A stretch of 64,000 nucleotides of DNA from an uncultured Chloroflexia bacterium (lineage in GTDB: Bacteria > Chloroflexota > Limnocylindria > Limnocylindrales > CSP1-4), in contig CAVVYR010000008.1 of the NCBI GenBank assembly GCA_963752475.1, forward strand, positions 480,001 through 544,000. The letters are read 5' to 3'. The position numbers and the translations under genes were made by a program. Under the pieces are notes generated by a model, which was given only the letters and a program-made list of their open reading frames with translations, had not been told where the DNA came from and ran no database searches. Below are positions 58,546 to 64,000 of the stretch, piece after piece. Each line of letters opens with the position of its first letter. Position 1 is the stretch's first letter.

Positions 58546-59691
58546 ATGAGCAAGACCATCGGGATCCTCACCGCCGGCGGCGACAGCCCCGGCCTCAACG
58601 CCGCCATCCGCGGCGTCGGCAAGACCGCCATCGGCGCCTACGACATGCGCGTCATCGGCTTCCGCGACGGTTTCCGCGGACTGATGGAGAACCGCGGTGT
58701 CGACCTCGACAAGTCGCAGCTCTCGGGCATCCTCACCATCGGCGGCACCATCCTGGGCACCAGCCGCGACAAGCCCCACCGCATGCTCGTTGGCGGCCAG
58801 ACGCTGGACATGACCGACGTCATCGTCGAGAACTACACGAATCACCACCTCGACGCGATCGTCTGCCTTGGCGGCGGCGGGACCCAGAAGAACGCGTACC
58901 GCCTGCACAAGAAGGGTCTCAACGTGGTGACCCTGCCCAAGACCATCGACAACGACGTCTTCGGTACCGACATGACGTTCGGCTTCGATACCGCCCTGGG
59001 CATCGCCACCGAGGCCATCGACCGCCTGCACAGCACCGCCCACAGCCACCACCGCATCATCGTGGTCGAGGTCATGGGCCACAACACCGGCTGGCTGGCG
59101 CTGGGGGCAGGGGTCGCCGGTGGTGCGGACGTCATCCTCATCCCGGAGATCCCCTACGACATCGAGGCTGTGGCCGAAGCCATCCGACAGCGCCACCGTC
59201 GTGGGGCCTCGTTCAGCATCGTGGCCGTCTCCGAGGGGGCCCTGTCACGCGACCGCGCCGAGGCGCTGGCCGAAGCCGAGGCCAAGGTCGCCGCCGCCAA
59301 GAAGGCCAAGAAGAGCGGTGACGGCGATGACAAGGACATCAAGGCCGCCAAGGCCCGGGTCGCGGAGGTTCGGGGACACATCGGCCGGGCCACGCTCGAG
59401 CTCTCCGAGCAACTCGAGGAACGCACCACCCTCGAGTCACGCGTGACCATCCTGGGGCATATCCAGCGCGGCGGCACACCCTCCGCAGCGGATCGTCTGC
59501 TGGCGACGCGCCTGGGTGCCGCCACCGTCGAGGTCATCAACGAGGAACGGTTCGGCGTCATGGTCGCGTCTCGCGGCGAGGAAGCGGTGCCGGTGCCACT
59601 CGCGAAGATCGTGGGCAAGCGCAAGACCGTGCCCCTCGACCACCCCTGGGTCCAGACGGCGCGCAGCATCGGGACCTCGCTCGGGGACTGA
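58546..59691 (+). CDS. pfkA: 6-phosphofructokinase (ATP/PPi group III type)
   Basis: [49 protein letters not shown]. Confidence 0.93.
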   Translation: MSKTIGILTAGGDSPGLNAAIRGVGKTAIGAYDMRVIGFRDGFRGLMENRGVDLDKSQLSGILTIGGTILGTSRDKPHRMLVGGQTLDMTDVIVENYTNHHLDAIVCLGGGGTQKNAYRLHKKGLNVVTLPKTIDNDVFGTDMTFGFDTALGIATEAIDRLHSTAHSHHRIIVVEVMGHNTGWLALGAGVAGGADVILIPEIPYDIEAVAEAIRQRHRRGASFSIVAVSEGALSRDRAEALAEAEAKVAAAKKAKKSGDGDDKDIKAAKARVAEVRGHIGRATLELSEQLEERTTLESRVTILGHIQRGGTPSAADRLLATRLGAATVEVINEERFGVMVASRGEEAVPVPLAKIVGKRKTVPLDHPWVQTARSIGTSLGD

Positions 59692-59746
59692 TCACACAGG
59701 CCGCTACTGCGGGATTCGGCCGGGCGCGGTGTAGGATGGCTCGACC

Positions 59747-60106
59747 ATGTCTGATCCGACCATCACCAACGACTCCATCGGCCCCACCATCGCCCCTGCC
59801 GACGACGAGCAGCCGGCGTTCGATCCCGTGCAGCGCTCGCGTGAGCTGGCGGTCCTCGATGCCCTGCGCTCCGTGGTCGACCCGGAGATCGGCATGAACG
59901 TGGTCGAGCTCGCGCTCATCAGGCAGGTCATCCTGGGAGACGAGCTGACCGAGATCAAGATGATCCTGACCACGCCCTTCTGCCCCTACGCCGGGTCCAT
60001 GATCCAGCAGGTGAAGGAAGCCGCCGAGGAGGCCGAGGGCCACGAGGTCAAGGTGACGCTCCTGGCCGAGCGTTGGGACCCGCGCGATGCGGGCCTGACC
60101 TGGTAG
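59747..60106 (+). CDS. metal-sulfur cluster assembly factor (DUF59, SufT/PaaD-like)
   Basis: L..V.DPEIGMNVVEL.LI, LTTPFCP. Confidence 0.9.
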   Translation: MSDPTITNDSIGPTIAPADDEQPAFDPVQRSRELAVLDALRSVVDPEIGMNVVELALIRQVILGDELTEIKMILTTPFCPYAGSMIQQVKEAAEEAEGHEVKVTLLAERWDPRDAGLTW

Positions 60107-60135
60107 CTCGCCGGGCGGCGATCCGCCGCAGCGTC

Positions 60136-60717
60136 GTGGCCACGGGGGTGGGGGACGACGGCACCACTGGTCTGCTCTTCGGCGGCCGTGTGCCAAAGGA
60201 CGATCCCCGCACCGAGGCCTATGGCACGGTCGATGAGGCCGTGTCCTGCCTGGGGCTGGCGCGCGCCGAGCTCGTGGCGCTCGAGGCCTCCGGCGTGTTG
60301 CCTGCCTCGCTTTCCGATCTTGCCGCCACGGTGCTGCAGCTGCAGCGCGACCTCTTCGTGGCCGGTGCCGAGTTGGCCGCCAACCCTGAGGCCTGGGACC
60401 GCCTGGTCGACGGCCAGACGCGCGTCGACGAGCCGATGTTGGAGCGTCTCGAGACCCTCCTCGCCGAGGCCGAGGCCAGCGTCGAGATGCCTCGTGAGTT
60501 CACCGTTCCCGGCGCCGACCGTGTCTCGGCCGCGCTGGAGTTGGCGCGCGCCGTGACTCGCCGCGCAGAGCGTCGCGTGACCTCGCTCGATCGCAACGGC
60601 CAGGTGGCCGGCGACTGGGTCGTGCCCTGGCTCAACCGCCTCGCGGATCTGCTCTGGACGTACGCCCGGCTCGTGGAGCAGGCCGGTCTGGGCACGACCG
60701 AGACCGTCCGCACCTGA
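60136..60717 (+). CDS. PduO-type cob(I)alamin adenosyltransferase
   Basis: TG.GDDGTT.L..G.V.KD..R.EAYGTVDE, Q.DLF..G.ELA, R...RRAER, LNRL.D; start uncertain (ORF open from 60073). Confidence 0.88.
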   Translation: MATGVGDDGTTGLLFGGRVPKDDPRTEAYGTVDEAVSCLGLARAELVALEASGVLPASLSDLAATVLQLQRDLFVAGAELAANPEAWDRLVDGQTRVDEPMLERLETLLAEAEASVEMPREFTVPGADRVSAALELARAVTRRAERRVTSLDRNGQVAGDWVVPWLNRLADLLWTYARLVEQAGLGTTETVRT

Positions 60718-60806
60718 CGCGCAGCGGGGCGATTCCGGCCCGCTCGCTAGACTGGAGGACTCATCGGCCCGCGTTCGCGCGGGCGCTTGGAAAGGAATCG
60801 AAACCC

Positions 60807-61568
60807 GTGCAGTCACGCGACAACGACCCCTACAACCGCTCTCAGGCGCCGGCGACGGTGTCCGAGCGGGACCAGACCGTCGAGACCCTCGGTGGTGTCA
60901 TCGAGTCCAGCCCGCCGCGCGAAGGCTTCCTCACCGGCGCTTTCGTGTGGATGTTCGTGGGTGTGCTCCTCTCGGGCATCTCGGCCTCGTTCGTGATGAA
61001 CAATGCCGCCCTGATGGAGACGGTCCTCGACTACTGGATCTTCCTCTTCATCGGCCAGATCGGCCTGGTGATGGTCATCAGCTTCGCCATCAACCGCATC
61101 TCGTCCACCGCGGCGCTGCTGCTGTTCTTCGTCTACGCCCTGACCATGGGCCTGACGCTGGGCGTCATCGTGACCGCTTACGTGGGCATCATCGGTGCCT
61201 CTGGCGTGGTCTCGGCCTTCGCCGGCGCGGCCGCCATCTTCGGTGGTGCCGCGGTCTACGGCTACGCCACCGGCCGCGACCTGACCAGCCTCGGCGGCAT
61301 CCTCTTCATGGGCCTGCTGGGACTGATCGTGGTCATGGTCCTGCAGATCTTCTTCTTCGCTGACAGCACCACCGCCAGCCTGCTCATCGGCATCGGCGGT
61401 GTGGTCATCTTCACCGGCCTCACCGCCTGGGACGTGCAGCGTCTGAAGAACGGCGCCATGCAAGGCATCAACAAGGAATCAGCCACTGTGCTGGGTGCGC
61501 TGATGCTCTATCTCGACTTCATCAACCTGTTCCTGTTCATGCTCCGCATCTTCGGCAGCAGTCGCTGA
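60807..61568 (+). CDS. Bax inhibitor-1/YccA family membrane protein
   Basis: 7 TM, F.GLTAWD.Q.LK, GAL.LYLDFINLFLFMLR. Confidence 0.92.
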   Translation: MQSRDNDPYNRSQAPATVSERDQTVETLGGVIESSPPREGFLTGAFVWMFVGVLLSGISASFVMNNAALMETVLDYWIFLFIGQIGLVMVISFAINRISSTAALLLFFVYALTMGLTLGVIVTAYVGIIGASGVVSAFAGAAAIFGGAAVYGYATGRDLTSLGGILFMGLLGLIVVMVLQIFFFADSTTASLLIGIGGVVIFTGLTAWDVQRLKNGAMQGINKESATVLGALMLYLDFINLFLFMLRIFGSSR

Positions 61569-61667
61569 TCCCGAGCAGTCGACGGTCACGACCGTCTCCA
61601 TCCGCAACATCTGAGAGGGCCTCGCCGGTGAACGGCGGGGCTCTCGTCGGATCGAAGAGGGGTATCC

Positions 61668-62549
61668 ATGAGCGAGGCACGAGTCGGCTTCTGTGGTCTG
61701 GGCACGATGGGCGCGGCGATGGCCGCCAACGTGGCCGGGGCCGGGTTCGGGCTGACCGTCTGGAACCGCACGCCGGGGAAGGCGGCCGACGCCGTCGCGG
61801 CCGGGGCCGTGGAGGCCCTGGGTCCGGCTGCCGTGGCCAGCGCCAGCGAGATCGTGGTCGTCTGTGTGTCGGACACGCCGGACGTGGAAGCCGTGCTCTT
61901 CGGCGAAGGCGGACTGGCCCACGGACTGGATGAGGGCGCGCTCGTCATCGACTGCTCGACCATCTCGCCCGCTGCCACCCGCGAGTTCGCCCAGCGAATG
62001 GCCGAACGAGGCGTGGGCTACGTCGACGCGCCGGTCTCGGGCGGCTCAGAGGGCGCGCAGAAGGCGACGCTCGCGATCATGGTCGGTGGTTCGGCGGAGG
62101 ACGTGGAGCGGGCTCGACCCGTGCTCGAGGCGATGGGCTCGACCATCACGCATATGGGTCCGGTCGGCGCGGGGCAGACGACCAAGGCGGTCAACCAGGT
62201 GATCCTTTCGGGTGTCTACCTGGGCGTGGCCGAGGGCATGGTCCTGGCCATGAAGTCCGGTCTCGATGCACGTCAGGTGGCAGAGGCGCTGACTGGCGGT
62301 GCTGCTGGCTCGTGGGTCCTGGCCAATCGCGCCGAACGCATGATCGATGACGACTATCCGCTCGGCTTTCGCATCGCCCTGCACCTCAAGGACCTGACCA
62401 TCGCGCTCGACCAGGCGCGCGAGGTGGGAGCGGCACTGCCGGTCTCGGCCCTGGCCGCCCAGATCGAGGCCGGGCTCGTGGCTCGCGGCCACGGCGACGA
62501 CGACAACTCGGCCCTGGCCCGGGCGGTCCGCGAGTGGAGCGGGATGTGA
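61668..62549 (+). CDS. NAD(P)-dependent beta-hydroxyacid dehydrogenase (3-hydroxyisobutyrate DH/GarR family)
   Basis: GFCGLGTMG, DCSTISP, DAPVSGG, GQ.TKAVNQ, F...LHLKDL. Confidence 0.9.
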   Translation: MSEARVGFCGLGTMGAAMAANVAGAGFGLTVWNRTPGKAADAVAAGAVEALGPAAVASASEIVVVCVSDTPDVEAVLFGEGGLAHGLDEGALVIDCSTISPAATREFAQRMAERGVGYVDAPVSGGSEGAQKATLAIMVGGSAEDVERARPVLEAMGSTITHMGPVGAGQTTKAVNQVILSGVYLGVAEGMVLAMKSGLDARQVAEALTGGAAGSWVLANRAERMIDDDYPLGFRIALHLKDLTIALDQAREVGAALPVSALAAQIEAGLVARGHGDDDNSALARAVREWSGM

Positions 62550-63769
62550 GCGGCGCAACGGCGGAGCACGCCGACGTCGCCATCATCGGAGCCGGCATCG
62601 TAGGCCTGGCCACGGCCCTGCGGCTGCTCGAGCAGAAGCCGGACCTGCGGGTGGTGCTGCTGGAGAAGGAGGCCACAGTGGCCTCGCACCAGACGGGCCA
62701 CAACAGCGGCGTGCTGCACGCGGGGCTGTACTACCAACCGGGTTCGCTCAAGGCCCGCCTTTGCCGGGAGGGCAAGGCCGATCTGGAGGCCTACTGCGAA
62801 GCCCATGACGTGCCCATCGAGCGCACCGGCAAGCTGGTCGTGGCGCTCGACGAGTCCGAGCTCGGCCGCTTCGAGGCGCTCAAGGAGCGGGCCCTCGCCA
62901 ACGAGGTGCCGGGTCTGGAGGAGGTCGGGCCGGAGCGCATCCGCGAGCTCGAGCCACACGCGGTCGGGCTCAAGGCGTTGTGGAGCCCGGGTACGGGCAT
63001 CGTCGACTTCCTGGAGGTGTCGCGTGCGTTCGCGCGCGATGTCAGCGAGCGGGGTGCGGCCATCGAGACCCGCCGCGCCGTGGAGTCGATCGAACAGCGT
63101 GGCGATGAGATGGTCATCGGCACCTCACGCGGGGACCTGGTCGCGCGCCGGGTCGTCGCCTGTGCCGGTCTGCAGGCCGACCGCGTCGCGGCCATGACCG
63201 GCGACGACGTCGATCGGCCGCGCATCGTGCCCTTCCGTGGCGACTACTACACGCTCAAGCCGGAGGCGCAGCACCTCGTCAAGGGGCTCATCTATCCGGT
63301 GCCCGACCCGGCCTTCCCGTTTCTCGGAGTGCACCTCACCAAGCGCATCGACGGCAGCGTCCTGGCCGGGCCCAACGCCGTGCTGGCCACGGCCAGGGAG
63401 GGCTATGGCCGCTTCGACGTCTCCGCGCGCGACCTGCGCGACACCCTGACCGATCCGGGGTTCCGCAAGCTCGCGCGCAAGTTCTGGAAGATGGGCGCAC
63501 GGGAGATGTGGCGCGACTGGTACAAGGGTGCGTTCCTGGCCGACTTGCGCCGGTTCGTGCCGGCGCTCAGCGGAGACCACCTCGTCTTCGGGCCATCGGG
63601 CATCCGGGCCCAGGCGCTCAACGCCGACGGCTCGATGGTCGACGACTTCCAGCTGGGCGGCTCTGACCGCGTGCTGCATGTCTTCAACGCGCCCTCTCCC
63701 GCAGCCACCTCCTCGCTGGCCATCGGGCGAGTGCTGGCCGGAGAGGCTGTGGAGCGGTTCGATCTCTAG
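62546..63769 (+). CDS. lhgO: L-2-hydroxyglutarate oxidase
   Basis: IIGAGIVGLA, HQTGHNSGVLHAGLYY.PGSLKA, PFRGDYY, IYPVPDP.FPFLGVH, GIRAQA, NAPSPAATSSL. Confidence 0.92.
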   Translation: MSGATAEHADVAIIGAGIVGLATALRLLEQKPDLRVVLLEKEATVASHQTGHNSGVLHAGLYYQPGSLKARLCREGKADLEAYCEAHDVPIERTGKLVVALDESELGRFEALKERALANEVPGLEEVGPERIRELEPHAVGLKALWSPGTGIVDFLEVSRAFARDVSERGAAIETRRAVESIEQRGDEMVIGTSRGDLVARRVVACAGLQADRVAAMTGDDVDRPRIVPFRGDYYTLKPEAQHLVKGLIYPVPDPAFPFLGVHLTKRIDGSVLAGPNAVLATAREGYGRFDVSARDLRDTLTDPGFRKLARKFWKMGAREMWRDWYKGAFLADLRRFVPALSGDHLVFGPSGIRAQALNADGSMVDDFQLGGSDRVLHVFNAPSPAATSSLAIGRVLAGEAVERFDL

Positions 63770-63857
63770 GCCACTGCGCGGACCATTCGTACCGCTGTCG
63801 CCGGCCAGTCGAGCGTGTAGGCTACGAACGCCTGTCATCCATCGATGAGGTTGTGAC

Positions 63858-64000
63858 ATGACGTGGGAATCCCAGGGCCCCGCGCCGCAGGATCAGAACG
63901 CGGCCGGCTCCCAACAGCCACAGGAGCAAGTGCCTCCGCCCGGCTATCAGCCGCCGCAGGGGCAAGTGCCTCCCCCTGGCTATCAGCCGCCGCCTCCCTA
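63858..64000 (+). CDS. Pro/Gln-rich N-terminus of a protein, truncated by window end
   Basis: MTWESQGPAPQ...QVPPPGYQPPQGQVPPPGYQPPP; GAGG RBS. Confidence 0.6.
   Translation, partial: MTWESQGPAPQDQNAAGSQQPQEQVPPPGYQPPQGQVPPPGYQPPPP

Overview
GC-rich (~70%) bacterial chromosome segment, mostly housekeeping and transport genes. I found no integrase, transposase, prophage or CRISPR array. Gene content and style suggest Chloroflexota, possibly Limnocylindria-like (inference only). Contents in order: a K+ module (TrkA-N, USP, two tandem KimA/YdaO-like APC permeases), a metallophosphoesterase, rsmG, CsoR with its operator, hpt, polar and branched-chain amino-acid ABC operons, a NYN nuclease with a long disordered tail and 4x105-bp repeat, holB, acylphosphatase, a GH13 enzyme, family-5 UDG, ScyD/E, three sulfotransferases, two regulator+ABC exporter operons, tRNA-Arg(CCG), alkaline phosphatase, fumC, an orphan HisA-like protein, DUF885, ltaE, tRNA-Asp(GTC), a frameshifted CapA gene, ccdA, three Flp pilins, kamA, pfkA, SufT, PduO, YccA, a beta-hydroxyacid dehydrogenase and lhgO. 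The most interesting signals are mostly non-coding. (1) Two Flp pilin leaders share a 34-nt motif presented in hairpin loops with different stems, plus a second 17-nt motif. (2) Two unannotated, promoter- and terminator-bounded structured RNA candidates lie at ~7045-7275 (behind DnaA-box-like sites) and ~43076-43281. (3) A ~150-bp element has 24-bp inverted repeats. (4) The NYN nuclease has an RNase E-like scaffold tail. (5) One protein resembles a phycobiliprotein/globin fold but lacks the chromophore Cys. All family calls come from motif recognition by eye; no searches were run.
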